Of a stretch of DNA of 64,000 bases, positions 1 through 13,326 are shown one piece after another. The notes below the pieces were generated by a model. That model saw only the letters and a program-made list of their open reading frames with translations, made no database searches and was not told the DNA's origin. The translations under genes and the position numbers were made by a program. Positions within the stretch are counted from its first letter, which is position 1, and each line of letters starts with the position of its first letter. The DNA is from Takakia lepidozioides (taxonomy: Eukaryota; Plantae; Bryophyta). The stretch spans positions 10,602,001-10,666,000 of the forward strand of contig CM060732.1 in NCBI GenBank assembly GCA_030704615.1. The letters run 5' to 3'.

Positions 1-600
1 TACTTCTATAGGATTTCTACAGTTCCCTCAAAACCAGTTCTTGCTGCTTTCTGTGCCTTGGCCTCCTATTCTTTCTTTTTTCTCTTCAAAGAACAAAGAG
101 TTGTTCATGTTTCAAACAAGGACTCCATCAGAGGAGTCCGAACTTCTAGTAAATTAACTCATCGGTCACTTGTCTGACATCTATACCGAATAAATCGATA
201 GTAAATTTTGTGCTACAGAGAGAGTCGTATATTCTCCATTTCAGAAAATAATACAGGTTGGACGACCAATAACCTTTCTCTTCAATGCCTCGAACATGCT
301 AGAATTGCAGCACGGGCGTCATGCAAACGCTCGTATCTCTCCCTGAGGATCCCAATTGGATAAGGTGGAGATGCATTGCATTGTTGATAACATCTTTCTG
401 AAGACCACTTATAAGTTTAAAAAACAATGTCTCCAAATTCCTTTAGCGCAAGACAAATAAGAGTCCACCATCGTGTGCAGGAATTGCTCAGAGTTTGGCC
501 ATAATCATGCTACCTCCCATTTGACGTCAAATTCAAATGCCTACGGTTAATATATGTGATGTTACCACAAACTTTGGAAAAGAGAGAACCGAACAAGCAC

Positions 601-719
601 CTGGCCACTCTGCGACTCCAAGGGATGACACGGTGTTGCTCTGTAGCTGAGTCTTCGCCGTAGGTGTCAAGTACACCACCACCTGTGGTTGCGCTTGCCT
701 CGTTGAACTGGGATTCCAT
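601..719 (-). CDS. NADP-ME: NADP-dependent malic enzyme, first conserved coding exon (gene continues left of the window)
   Basis: Translates MESQFNEASATTGGGVLDTYGEDSATEQHRVIPWSRRVA, matching the plant NADP-ME N-terminal motif GGVxDxYGEDxATExxxxxPWxxxVASG. It ends at the donor GCCAG|GTGCTT in phase 2, within the S of VASG. No downstream exon was recognised in 1-600. Confidence 0.8.
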
Positions 720-2185
720 GGTCAAAACTTTGTATCAAAGTTCAGTTCTGTCCAACGGCCAAAAAGCGCGATCTTGCCAGTCTCTATTGAGATTGACCTT
801 GAAACCTTTGATGTCAGTGAACCACTCCTGACGTACGTTCACTTAAAACTCCCAAGCTCCTACTAACAACAGGAGCGAAGTATCTGAATGTGATCCGGAA
901 CATAGAGCAGCTCTGGGAGCTTGCGTCGAAACTGTAAGCTGGTGAGGAGGGAGCGAATGTCCAGAATTCTCCCTCCATCTCCCTCTTAAAGACCACCCTA
1001 CGCAGTTACAGTGCATTGCGGACCCAAGCTGCGGCCTATCACAATTCTCAGAAAAGATAAGGCCCGTCATTAACATACACATGTGCTTCTGTTACCAGCT
1101 TGAATCCACAGGACATCTAAATATTCGAGTCACCCCAAGGCTGCATGCACAGCAATCTGAAGAGAGGGAGAGAGAGAGTGTGTGTGAGAGAGAATGCCAG
1201 AGCACAGTTCTCTTTTCTGCGTCGGGGGCCCACACTTCCAAACAAAATATTTGTCATGCCAGCAAGGACAGCATTGCGTGTACAATGGCATCTCAGAACT
1301 TGGAGTGTTTCCAGAGCGAGGTAGCGTGAGACAAAAGATGGAGCGCACGCCGTCCTCAGCCAAATCTCACCTCTTCTTCATCCTGCAGCATGCAACGTCC
1401 TCGCACCTGTTGGACCCCAAACTCGCACAATCCATCGCCGACATGTCTGTGCATCTTTTGGCCCCACACGCTTCTCGCCAAAAACGTTTTGTTCTCTCCA
1501 CGAGCGTGTAGAAAGTTCCACAAGTGCGACATCCACCACGTGTCTATGGCATTTCTCGCCATCTGTAAAGTACATGGGACACATGGGCCTCTGACACTTG
1601 CCTCTAAATCTGGCACTCCAAAAACATTTGTAGAATCTAAAACGATTCTACAGCATCCAATTCAGACGGAATCCAAAACTGAGATTCTCCAGGGTTAATT
1701 ACTAACTCCAAGAGCTTGGGTTGGTTTAGGGTTCTGGGTTCGGGGTTCGTCCATGCGCTCTGCTACGGAGGTGCAGAGAATGCGTCTGTCCTCAATGTGG
1801 TGTGCAGCGTTCGGTCTGGGCGCCTTGGGAATGTCTTTCTGATGTCTCCGACAGGTTCTTGCAGTTGTGAATTGATTGTGTACTCCGTGGGCGATTGGAT
1901 TGCACAGGTATGATCCAGCTGCCCTGTTTTGAGCAATTAGCCTCCCCTAGAAGATCTTTTGTTTTTCAGAAATTTGGAGATTCTGCACATGTGATGAGAG
2001 CCTAAGGTTGTCAAGGTTAACTGCTCTAACCTGATGTTCAAGCTTCTTGGAGAATGGATGTGCTTAGGGTAAGGCATCAAGGTTGGAATGCTGTAAATTT
2101 TTCCAGGTTTTTGTCGAGAGGTGTCCTGTTTGAATGCTTGTGGGCGATTGACGCTTCGGTGCTCCTTGCAAGCCTGGGAAAGCCC

Positions 2186-5100
2186 ATGGCTGGAGAAGGA
2201 GCGCAGCAGCCCGCTGTGACGTCTTCGTCTGCGTCTGCAGCGCAACAGCCCCCAACTTTGGCGTCGTCCTCGGTGGGAGCTTCCGGATTGGCGCCTGCAT
2301 TGTTAGGACCCATGTCTTCTGCTAGTGTGGGTGCATCGCAATCTGCTACTGGATCGCAGTTGCAGCAGCACATGAACTACCAGATGCAACAGTTCAACTC
2401 AAACCAGGTGAGGCCACAACAGGGGGGTCGTGGACAGTATGCACACAACCCGCAGATGCAGGTCCCCGGCTCGCAGCCCCTCACGCAAGGAATGGCCCCT
2501 TCCCAAACTGGTCCTAGCTCGCTTTCCCGAACGTCCTCGTCACAACGCCTTGTGCAGCATCAGCAGGGAACTGTCACTGGGGCTTCCAGACCCTTGGGTG
2601 GTGGCACACATTATAACCAGCAGTTTTCACCGGCTCACGTAGTGACCTCTCCAGGGACTTCCGGCCCTTCTATGCATCTGTTAAACCAGAGAGCAGGCCA
2701 GGTGCAGCAACAGCGACCAAGTGCAGCGTCACAGCAAAGCCAGGTCCGCCCGGGGCTATACAGCAGTGGACAGCAGCCACTGGTGCCTGGCCCTTATGCG
2801 CATCATCTGCAACCCCTCCCGAATTCAGGTCCCTCTAGGCCAGCTGCCCAAGGAACCGTGGGAACACCCTTGCAGCAGTACGGCGGATCGCAATCGATGT
2901 CTTTGTCGCAGCAACATCAAATTCAGGCATGCTACTTTTCTAACTATATCTTGTTCTTGCCTGGAGGTTAACCCTAAGAACATGACTTTCTTCCTTGTTG
3001 GCCTATAAACCTGAGTCGTGCTGGGTCATGACCATTGGACCTGAAGGGTTGGTAGGGTGTGCAGGGTAGATCGAAGCAGGCACCAGGGCAGGCACAACCC
3101 ACACACTTTCAGGCGGCTACAGTGCAGCAGGCCATGGGCGTGGGCAGGGCGGGAGCAGGTAGCCCTTCGCCCCAGCAGCAGCAGCAACAACAACAACAGC
3201 AACAGCAACAGTCACTGCCACAGCCACGCATGCAACAAAGCAACTCCACCAGACCCCAGCAGATGCTTGCATCTCCTACGGTACCTTCCCTGACCTTGAG
3301 ATTCATTCAAAATGTAATTATTTGCTATTGCGTGGAACTTTCTTTTTCTAGGTCCAAATGGTCCGTGGTGATGTCTATTTGGATCTGAAGATGTTCTTGC
3401 CAAGAGCAGATTGCAAACTGGGATTGGGGTTTTGCATGCAAAGTACTTATTCATTCTATTTGCAGTCTTCTCTCCCTTTGAGGCATGTGAGATTGTAGCT
3501 CGCAAGCCTTGGACACCCTAGGTTCCCCCTGGCTAGTTGCACCTGGGTGAAAAGCTTTTGCTACTGGTTGGCACTCAAATTGCTATTTTGGAGAGCTGCA
3601 GCTGTCTAGGGTGCCATCCGGTGCACAGGTGCAAGGCATGATGCCCACTACCCAGCCGCAGCCACAGGCCTGGCCGGCAAATCCCATGGCATATGGGCAG
3701 CACCAACCACACCAACAGCAGCGGCCTCAAGGCGGACCCAGCAACCAGCCTAGGCCTGGTACTCCAACCAACACCCAACTGAGCGCAGCTGCACCACCTG
3801 CCTCTGTCATGCCTGCAACTAGCAGCCAAGCGCCTGATGCCAGTGGGCACATTCTCGGCAAGCGCAGCATCCAGGAGCTTGTCTCTCAAGTATTGTCCAC
3901 ATCTTTCTTTCTTCCCCAATTTTGCTATGAATAATCCTAGTTTCTATGAAGGAAGCATTCAACAGATTGCCGAGTTGGTAGAGCACAAGGCCACCTTACA
4001 AGTGGTCGTGGGTTCAAACCCACATAGGTGTATGTTGGATATCAAGCATTATACCCAACCTAGCTATAGAAGGGGGGTCTTCGGTCAACTTTGAGGGTAC
4101 CTGAGGACTTTCGAGTCCTTGGGGGAGGTTTGGGGAACCGCTTTGCCCTGGTCATGGCCGTTAGAAGGTGTCCACCTTCCAAACGGAAGGCAGTAGTCCT
4201 TTGGGGTGAAGTGGCACCATAAGTTATGCCTGCTTCGGCAGTAGTCTTCCTCTCTCTCTCTTCTATTAATGAGGTTATTGAGATTGAGCACACATTACCA
4301 AAATCTAGGTGAGTGTACTTTCTCAGTGCTCCTGGATGCTAGACCACTGATGATGTTGCGTCCAGCTGCAACAGTGGCACGAGCCCAGAGTCTGGGCAAG
4401 CCCCTGTGCTTAAGGCCTTGATGCACATTTGCACTCTGCTCAACATAAGGGTACAGAGAACCTAATGGGTAATATAAGTCTAGACAAGGATAGGGGAAGA
4501 CGAGAGGTTACAATGGTTGAACTTTCCAAGGCTGCTTTACAGGTGGACCCACGTGAGCGGCTGGATCCTGATGTGGAAGATGTTCTGCTTGAAATTGCCG
4601 ATGACTTCATTGAAACGGTCTGTCTCCATGACTTCTGTCCAGGCCCTTATGCATAGAGCCCATTACAATGAAGAAGATGTCTTCATTTGTACAAAGATGC
4701 ATAGTGGTTCCTTGTGGAGTTTGAAGTTCCAGGCAATGATTTGTGTCCTTTTGTATGATGCAGGTTTCCTCCTTTGCTTGCTCCTTAGCAAAGCATCGCA
4801 AGTCTTCAGTGCTGGAAGCCAAGGATGTCCTGCTGCATCTGGGTCAGCCCCATGTTTCCTTTGCTAATGACGGTTAAATGAAGCAGTTATCCTGTGTGTC
4901 TTGTTGTCCCAAATTGGGTTCTACAATCTGTGAATGGATTGTAGAAGAGATGGAGCATTTGGGTGTAGTTTTGGGTGTTGCTCTGATTTTTAGAGAGTCT
5001 ACAGTGCGAATCTGAGTGCGTGAGCAACTTTTTAATCTTATGGAGTTCTTTATTTGGAAGGAACGTTGAGATTTCTTTGTCACAAAATGTGGGTATGCAT

Positions 5101-5909
5101 GTGGGTCTTTAATTGGACAGAGCGCAATTGGCACATCACAATTCCTGGATTTGGTGGTGAGGAGTATCGAGCGTATAAGAGACCGGTGAGGTCTTTCCTC
5201 CAGTTTTACACATATCATTAATCCCTGTTGCCATTAGATGTGATGAGCTCTTGTTATTGGATACCAAGCGACAGTTTATCTTGGGGGTGAGGATGTTGCT
5301 GAAATGCATTTGTGAAGTTAATACTTACAGCTTGCTGCATGGATACTTCTGGTTATTGTTTCTCTTACCTCTTTTTGGAGTGAAGGGTGATGCTTATTGC
5401 TTTGGTTGAGGGCGGAAGTCACAGATGAAGCCTGTCTGCCTGTTGGCACTGGCTAAGCATTGTTATGAATGTTCTTGTACAACAGGGTGGCAATTGACAT
5501 ACTGACTCAAGTGTTTGCTGGATGGATAAATGGATGCAGTCGGTTAGTGAGACTCACAAGCAGCGCCTTGCTTTGGTAATTTCTTTCTCCTCCATCATCC
5601 TCCTGTCATTTTCTTGTGTGGTGGGAGGAACAAGTGGGAAATGTTGGTGTAATAAGCCTTGGGAGAGAGAAAGGAATAGACTGACCGACAGGATATGTGC
5701 TTATTTGTGGCTTGCTCAACTTGCAGGTGAGGAAATCAGTGGCTGCGGGGCAGCCGAATATGGACACTAAAGGGTCCAGCACAGCGACAGGTGTACCTGT
5801 GAATGCAGGTGTAGTGTCGACCCCTAGCAAATCAGGGCTGACAACTATAGCGGCTGTATCAGCTTCTCCTCTGACATCACCAGGAATGCCAAGAATTCCG
5901 CGCGTCTAA
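2186..5909 (+). CDS. TAF12: TFIID/SAGA subunit TAF12 with a long Q/P-rich N-terminus. Exons 2186-2926, 3065-3280, 3602-3889, 4543-4617, 4764-4842, 5121-5185, 5540-5575, 5727-5909
   Basis: The spliced histone-fold domain reads [13 protein letters not shown]|[25 protein letters not shown]|[26 protein letters not shown]|[22 protein letters not shown]|[12 protein letters not shown]|VRKS. All junctions are phase-consistent with GT-AG ends, except the first intron, which is GC-AG. The N-terminal exons are less certain than the histone-fold exons. Confidence 0.92.
3173..3211 (+). repeat. CAG/CAA polyglutamine tract in TAF12 exon 2
   Basis: A mixed CAG/CAA run encodes [13 protein letters not shown]. 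Confidence 0.9.
3958..4262 (+). mobile_element. tRNA-derived SINE-like insertion in a TAF12 intron (family A)
   Basis: Pol III A-box-like TGCCGAGTTGGTAGAGC (~3968) and B-box GGTTCAAACC (4011-4020). The motif GTGTCCACCTTCCAAACGGAAGG (4168-4190) is shared with the copy at 56.7 kb. Boundaries are approximate. Confidence 0.6.
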
Positions 5910-6169
5910 GAGCGGATGCTTTGCATAGGTTATAAATTTGAGCAGCAGTGCTCAGTTGTGTTCATATCTGTAAAATAGTAAATTGTAATTGGACCTTCAC
6001 CAGACATGGAACTTTTGCTCCTATAGATGTGTAGCTTTTGCCATATCCACCCAGGTGATTGTGGGTCCAGATACTCCTATCTTGTCGAGTTTGGTCTTGC
6101 GGTTTGGGACATCTCACCGCTCCAAAACAAAACAAAACAAAATAAATGAGTCTCGCCTCATATATTGAT

Positions 6170-6401
6170 ACCATGTGTATAATCCTTGTTTTTGCCCATA
6201 ATACAGTATTGCATGGGTATTGGCTTTGTCAATACCAGCCTATGTAGGGTCTTGACGTAGGTATTGCAATTGTCAATACCAGGGGGTGCGGTTATTAACC
6301 CTAGTATTATAATAGCCAATACAAGCCTGGTCGGTTGTTTAATACCCTGGTTGATACCCTAGTCGATACCCAGCCAGGCCCTATATACCAGTCCAACACT
6401 G
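6170..6401. mobile_element. Truncated hAT-type MITE (right half only)
   Basis: Homologous to 7575-7836 and ends in the TIR ATACCAGTCCAACACTG. No left TIR was seen. Confidence 0.65.
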
Positions 6402-6611
6402 GTACATACCATTGCCTGTAGCAAGTCTGACGATGGAAGCTGATGGAAAGCTAACCATTGTTTTCCTGGATGAAGATTCCGGAGTTTGCAGATTCTTTAA
6501 GTCTCGTGCTTCTACAGGCTTGCTTTGTTGGAAAGGGCTTATCGTCCTCTTACATGGGACCCTTACTGTGAACTATCCGCTGGCGTTCAAAGGACAAATG
6601 CGCATTGGCAT

Positions 6612-6792
6612 CACAATCTATAGGGACAAACATCCAACACGTTTTCTGGATTTGGGCAGTACACGAGGTAAGTTGATGGATGCAGAATTCGAGGGTGCAG
6701 AGCACAATCTATACGGACAAACATCCAACACGTTTTCTGGATGTGGGCAGTACACGAGGTAAGTTGATGGATGCAGAATTCGAGGGTGCAGA
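6612..6792 (+). repeat. 91-bp tandem duplication (2 copies)
   Basis: CACAATCTATAGGGACAAACATCCAACACG...GAATTCGAGGGTGCAGAG starts at 6612 and again at 6703, with few differences. Confidence 0.9.
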
Positions 6793-7010
6793 GGAAGTAG
6801 AAGCAGCTGCAGGTGCAGAGCAACTGGAGCAATGCAGGTTCTCGAAGATACGGAAGAGCAATGGTCAAAGAAAGATAGGATTGCAGACTCAGGCTGGTTG
6901 TAGGCCAGGTTTACGTACTATGGAGCGGTCAGGGCCGGGCCATTCTGCCCCCTGACTGCCTGGCCGTGAATTTTGGCACCATCGCGTTATGGTCAGAGGT
7001 GGTTTTTTTC

Positions 7011-7836
7011 CAGTGTTGGGCGGGTATTACTTTTTCTAATACCAGCCGGGTCCGGGTATTGAAAAGAAATTATTTTGCAATACCAGCCGGTTCCATAGTA
7101 TTGAAAGATTCCCTTCATTTTAATACCCTCAGGTTCTCAATAGTAGTATGATTTTCGATTTGCGGATGGGTATCAATAGGGTGGGTATTCCAATCTAATA
7201 CCAGCCGGTTATCAACCCGGGTATAAATAATAAAAACCAAAAATAAAAATAACCACTAAATCATTAATATGTATTGAGTTTAAAAGATTTCAGTTGATTT
7301 CACAAATAAATTAATTATTATGTTGCAAAATTCAGTCTTTGCATTACATAATAACAACGTTGCAGATTTTAGTATCCAAATTGAAGCAAGCTTAGTTAAA
7401 AGAAGACTGATTGCAACCACATAAGCCATCCTACATGTGCTAAAAAAAATAAAGAATAGGGGGCGGCCCTGCCCTACATGTGGTAAGAAATGAAACATAG
7501 TGGCTGCCCTTGGGGCTGGACATGCCCTCTCGACATGTGCGCCCTCATTGTGCACCCAGCCAATTTCCTATTCATACCATGGTATAGTCCTTGTTTTTGC
7601 CCATGATACGGGTATGCACCCGGGTATTGCCTTGGCAATACCAGCCGGTCCGGTTATCAACCATAGTATTGGAATTGCCAATACCAGCCGGTCCGGTTAT
7701 CAACCATAGTATTGGAATTGCCAATACCAGCCGGTCCGTTATTAACCATAGTATTACAAAAGCCAATACCAGCCCGGTCGGTTATTCAATACCCTGGTTG
7801 ATACCCGGCCAGACCCTATATACCAGTCCAACACCG
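7011..7836. mobile_element. hAT-type MITE
   Basis: TIR CAGTGTTGG...CCAACACCG. Flanks G(T)7C and G(T)6C are consistent with an 8-bp TSD plus slippage. Contains internal ATACCAG-rich repeats, including a 43-bp tandem at 7638-7760. Confidence 0.75.
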
Positions 7837-8956
7837 GTTTTTTCCCATCAACTGCAGCAACTCCATCTCTGACGATGTCAGCATGGACCTGAACACAGAT
7901 GACCCTGGCATTATTGGGTTCCTGTTATCTTTCAGAGACAATTTCATGAATCACAAATGTTGAGGTTCGCCAAATTGCATGCAAGTAGAGGAAACGGAAG
8001 TAGATGAAACGCTATACTTGTCTCGCAAAAACAATTAAGTACCTGCCCGCTACAGAAACTGCCCGAAACATGGAGGACCCGAGCATTCTGCCAACTACTC
8101 ATGCAACCTACTCGGGCATTCTGCTACCCACTCGAGCATTCTGCTACCTACTCGAATATTCTGCTATTTAACGGAGGGGCAAAAATGGCAGAAAAATCAC
8201 CTCCTGACCATAACGTACTATGGAATGGGCCGCCACATGACATTGTGGCGGGTAAGGTGGTGGCGAGCCGGAGGGCGAGCTGCCGCCGAAACCGCCATAA
8301 TGGCATGTTGCGGCCCATTCCAGTACGTAAAGGATTGAGTCTGCCGCCCTCTCATTGGCCTGCCAGTCCTAATCAAACACATTATGCTAGTGCAACTGGC
8401 ATAATGTGCTAGTGGCTTGAGGCTTAGATTTCTGCTTTTTAATCCTCCTGGAAATACGCCATATTAGGCAGGCAACATCCTTTACGAGTTTAGACTCACG
8501 TGACTGCCAAGAACCTCATGCCACAAGACACCAACATGGACAGAATCAAAGCTTGCAAACATGTTTCCACCCTGTTGGAGCCAAATAGATCCTTTCTGAT
8601 GAGGAAGATCTTCTTGGGTGAGTTCCATATAGAAGACTGTTCATAAAAGGAGTACTAACTACCACATGTCACTTTCTTTAGTGCATTTCCAGCTACCCAG
8701 GCACCTATACTCTTGAAAGTTGTACACCGAAGATTTGTGGCACTGCTTCTGGGGTGGTGATATACTCAGCTGTTTCATTAGTGTCCCTTAATGGGCACTT
8801 AGTTTTACATGGACCTTCCAATTCAAAAGCCAACCCAGGAGGAATGTATCAACGTAAAATCATGAGAAGGCTCCACAAAAAAATCAAGGTTTCGTGCATG
8901 TCTTGCCAAAAGGATATCTGACTTATTTACTGCACACCTCAAAAGCTATAAAATGC

Positions 8957-11900
8957 TTAGTAGTCCCAGCCACTGAGAGCTGTACCCAACCTCGTCCTGA
9001 CATCCTTTGGCCAATTTAAGGTGTGCTGAGATGGCACAGCCTCAGACAGCACAGGAATGATGTCAGCCTTACGCACACGAGTAACGCAGGTCAGGGATCT
9101 GGGAGAGGTGTGAAGCAGGTGACCCAGGCCTACACGCTGTTCCCCTTGGCGTACCACAGTATCGACGCTTCTTAGACACACTTGCGCCAACCTATGCAGG
9201 ACAGAGCCACCACCATCATTAAACTCTTTCCTCATAGCTGATGTGCAACTTGCTCAAAAACACCCCAGAGAAATGTCCACACCACACCTCAAAACCAGAG
9301 CTCTAACAATCACAACAGCTGAGCAGTTCATTCCTGGTTTGCCTTTGGCACACAACTAGATGGAGATGGTGGAACCATAGTGACCATGGACATGGCAGCC
9401 ATGAGCACAGTGCCTGGCAGAGCTCCCAAGCTTTGAAATATGGGACACACACTCTACCATGGGAGAGCAGAAGCTTCGGCTATCACCAGACCAGCAGTGT
9501 GTTCCCGCTACTATTCCCTGATCACCCTTCAGAGCCAAGCTCCTCTAAGACTCAACTGTCAACAACCTCCAACCTTCAATGATAGTTCCAAGGAAATTTC
9601 AAGAGCATCTGAAACCACAGCATGGTCACTCAGTTGCTGTGTAAGGACAAGCCATCTACTTACTTGCTTAACTGGGCTTGCGCAGTGCTGCGCAAGCGCG
9701 CGAATGACATCATCCCCTTTAGAATGCATGACACACAGGCACAGCAGCAAGCTCTGTTAATTCCCTCCCAAATTCAGAGAATCCCCCAACCATCAAAAAC
9801 AGCTTCATCAAATGGCAAACATCTTGGCCGTAAAGAGAAAGAGGTAAAAAACGAAGGGAAACGGAGCATGCGACCCCTTCACCACTGTGATCAATAAGAC
9901 ACATGCACAGTCTGTGGGCAGGAACAAACACTTATCAGACACGCTCATCTCAACTCCAACTAGGATGCAGTTCCATGACAACACCAGTTTGCAACACAGT
10001 AAGATAGGATTACCCTTAAGCTTGACCAAGGCAAAGCTCACTGAGTTCAAGGTTCTTAAATTGCAGGCTCGACACAGATATCATGTCTGTCAGCTCCTTC
10101 AAAACTGGGTTGAAAACTTGTACCAGCTGACCAGAGCTAGACCTTTGGCCTCTAAATTTGATAACCGAATAATAAAGACCAGCAATGTTCATTTCTCCTC
10201 TTTCTTTTGCTTCACCTCATTGATAGTCACAAATATGCTGAATCATTGCAATTGTCGATGGCAATGTTGTTAATATTTCAATCTTCCATAGAAGTATGTG
10301 ACAAGATTTTTGAGCTTATGAGGGTTGAATTTTGCTCAAGGCCTGCCGAGTAATATAGGCATTGCAAGCCTCCAGAGGTTTTTTCTGAGAGACGAGATTC
10401 ACAATGTTGATGGCTAGCAAGAGGGGTGGTCTGATGTGAGTGGCTGCATGATATTTGCCTCACCATTACGTCAGAGCACTAAAGCAGCCTCCTTTCCCAA
10501 TAACTTCTGACAGATGCAAGCGCAGGAGATGGCCACGCTCGTGTTTTGACAAAGCAAGGTCTTCTGAAGCATCTACAAGTGCCAAGGAGGCCATGGGTCC
10601 AAAAGTTTCTGCATGGTCAACCATGGTAGACTTGCGTAGCGCTTGTATGAAAGTCTGCACGATGGCATGTAACTGTTCAATATTTGCTACTGATCCTCTA
10701 AGAAGCTCCAAAAATGGTTCATCCAACAGGCAGTTATCTCGCAACAAAGTGATTCCCTACTTCCACAGTTTGGACTCAAAACAAGCGTTCCTTCAACTTG
10801 TAACTTTGGCTCATACCAAGATACCCCATCAGAACCTGCAGGCCTCTACCTACAGGGTATTATTCTGAATTCAGTTTCAAGAAGAAGAAAATCAGCTCTA
10901 CTGAAGCACATGGCAGTACTCAGCAGACCAATCAAAGGCCCTTGCACGTATCCAAAACACCATTAGGTATGGCATCAGATGTGATGAAGAAGCCGTACCT
11001 GAAATGAGGACACGAATGACAGAGACTCCTGGTGACGTGAGTCCTTCTTTTCCATGCCTCGCAACTCCCGCAATTGTTGAGCTATTTCTTGAAGCAGCTT
11101 CATTTCTCCATTCTCTCGCCTCAGAGAATCAATGGTCTGCTTCATCAGGTGCCTATCAGCCTCCAGAGCCTTCAGCCTAAGGGTCAATTGCTCTACATCA
11201 TCTTCCACAGATATCCTGGAGGTGTTCCATCTGATAATGGAGGTTGACTGGAAGTCCCTACTCCCTGCACTCTGATACAAGTCCTCCCACTCTCTGCTAG
11301 TTCCAGAACCCCCAGCAGCCCCATACAAAGCTACCATTGCATCACTCCTTGCAGCTTCAGATTCCTGTTCCCTCATGGCCCTTGTATCAGCTTCCTCCAA
11401 CATCAATAGATCTGGCTTTCCTAGCCTATCTGAATTGGGCTCCTGTCTTTCCAAAGACACCCATCCCTCAGAGTTTCGTTCATCTTTAATGATAACTCCT
11501 GGAGAATCATAGGTTGCATGTTGTACTTCATAAACATCATGCACAAAGGAGGCTTCATCACGAGGATGCTCTGCAATTGACTCACCCTTACCCTTCAGTC
11601 TCGCATACGCTTCTATGTTTTCACCTGCGTTGCCATGGCCAAGCTCATCCCGGCCTTTGGCTTCCGTTGACGATGACGCATTTAAATTCGAATCATCCAT
11701 CTCGAACTCCACAAAGAGTTTTCTCCGCAGCGGATCCTCACCTGTTACCTCAGATGTCATCAATTCCGGTTTTCTTGACGTCTCTGAGCTCATGCCCCTC
11801 TCAGTCCTAGTCTCCGCTTTAGCCCTCGACTCTCCAGCACTTTTTGGCCTCCCAATTTGGACCTGCCCCTTTCCTCCCAGCTGTTTTTCAAATTTCCACA

Positions 11901-13326
11901 CATACTCTAACACCGAGAGCCTCTTCTCTTCCATGGTTCGATCTGCTGAATCTTCCGAGACCGCTGAATCCTTTTGCAAACCCTCACTAGCTACCCCCGA
12001 ATTATCACCAGAGCTCGACCTTCTGTCAAAACTAGTATCCTCTTTTTCCTCCCCTACTTTCTCTCCCTTCCTTATCACCGGCTTCCCAGTTCGCCTCCTT
12101 ATATTTCGTCCAATGTCCAGCTTAACTGATTTATCATCTCTCCTGCTCGGTTGTAACCTTACGTCCTCTCTATTCGGAACAGCTTCTTCTGCTTCACGCG
12201 GTGAAGAGGAGGATGTCCATTTCCAAATGAAATCCATTCCGGGTGAGCTGAGTGACTCCCCCGTCTCATTCCTAGACTGATCCGGAGGTATTGCTCTGAC
12301 AAACTGACCAACGTTCAAATTTTCTGCTTTGGCAATTCTTTCTGAATACCTGACATCTTCTTCACTCGCAATCCTTTCACTCTGGCCCCTCCAACCCTCA
12401 CTTGTAGAACATGAAAGATCCGAGCCGCTAAGTCGTATCTCATCAGCAGAGGGTCCACAAAGCAAAAGCATGTTGCTATCTGCTCTCTGACCCCGATCTA
12501 TCGCCTCAATCTGAGCATTATATAACCGTTGCCTGCAAACTTGAACCTCTTCTTGCAGTGCAAACTTTTCTTCCTCCCGGTTTGCAAGGATTTCCTTCAG
12601 CAGTTCAATCGCCTCTTGATCATACATGGTTTTCTCCTCTACCATTCGGTGAAACTGACGGGCTTCCATCTGCACAGCAGACTTCTCTTCTTGAAGGCGC
12701 GTGATCATCGCCATAGCTTCATTGGCAGCCGTTGCTGAAGCATTCCTCTCCTCCTCCAATTCAAGGTACAGGGCAGCCATCGTCTCACGTTCGGCTTGAA
12801 GAGCTTCTCTCAGCTCTCTGTCTCTGCTGCCATCGCTGCGCTTCCCTACTTGCAATGGGCTGCTATCTTCATCGACTGCTTCGTCTCCAGGCGTGCCATC
12901 GTCTTCCATAGGTAATTCAGAGGGTCCGTTTGGGCCCGTCCAACCCTTGCCGCTCTCCTCGAAGCAGGCCGTGGATAAGTCTGCGTGATTTTTCACCCGA
13001 ACCTTATTGAAAGACCCGTAGGAGGCTTGGTACTCACGGTTTACCTCCAACGGATCCAGATCAAAATAGTCAGGATTTCCGAAGACCAAACTGTCTCCCA
13101 ACACTTTCTCCCTACTTTGTAAGTTTCGCCTGTGATGGCATTCCCAGCAAGAGCAAGGGAGACAAAACCCAGAGATCCGAACGAAATTCGACGTGACAAG
13201 GGCAATCACAGCACTGATAAGCACTAGCAAGGCCAATACCGCATCTGCAAAAGCCTCAAATATCAAACACACCCTCCAAGAATCTGCCCCTATGTGTTGC
13301 TCTAGGCCTCTCCATGCCATCTCCAA
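8957..13326 (-). CDS. GTD-binding (DUF593/zein-binding) myosin-binding protein, MyoB family. Exons 13326-10999, 9716-9664, 9191-8957
   Basis: Has an N-terminal hydrophobic segment with LPCSC and the DUF593 core LREALQAERETMAALYLELEEERNASATAANEAMAMITRLQEEKSAVQMEARQF. The C-terminal coiled coil is LTLRLKALEADRHLMKQTIDSLRRENGEMKLLQEIAQQL. Splices CAG|GTACGG, AAAG|GGGATG (GMMSFARLRSTAQAQLS), AA|GTAAGT and CATAG|GTTGGCG are phase-consistent, ending with VGLGHLLHTSP. Confidence 0.88.

Noticed and set aside
3965-4030. Functional tRNA gene
   Set aside because: A/B boxes are present but no convincing acceptor or anticodon stems; it shares downstream sequence with another dispersed copy, so it is treated as a SINE.
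6412-6955. Protein-coding gene
   Set aside because: The ORFs are lengthened by the 91-bp duplication, and no domain or splice structure was recognised.
10466-10747. 93-aa ORF as a MyoB exon
   Set aside because: A phase-consistent model through 9716-9664 and 9191-8957 explains the C-terminus, so this ORF falls in the intron.
11615-12280. 221-aa plus-strand ORF
   Set aside because: Antisense shadow of the MyoB exon.
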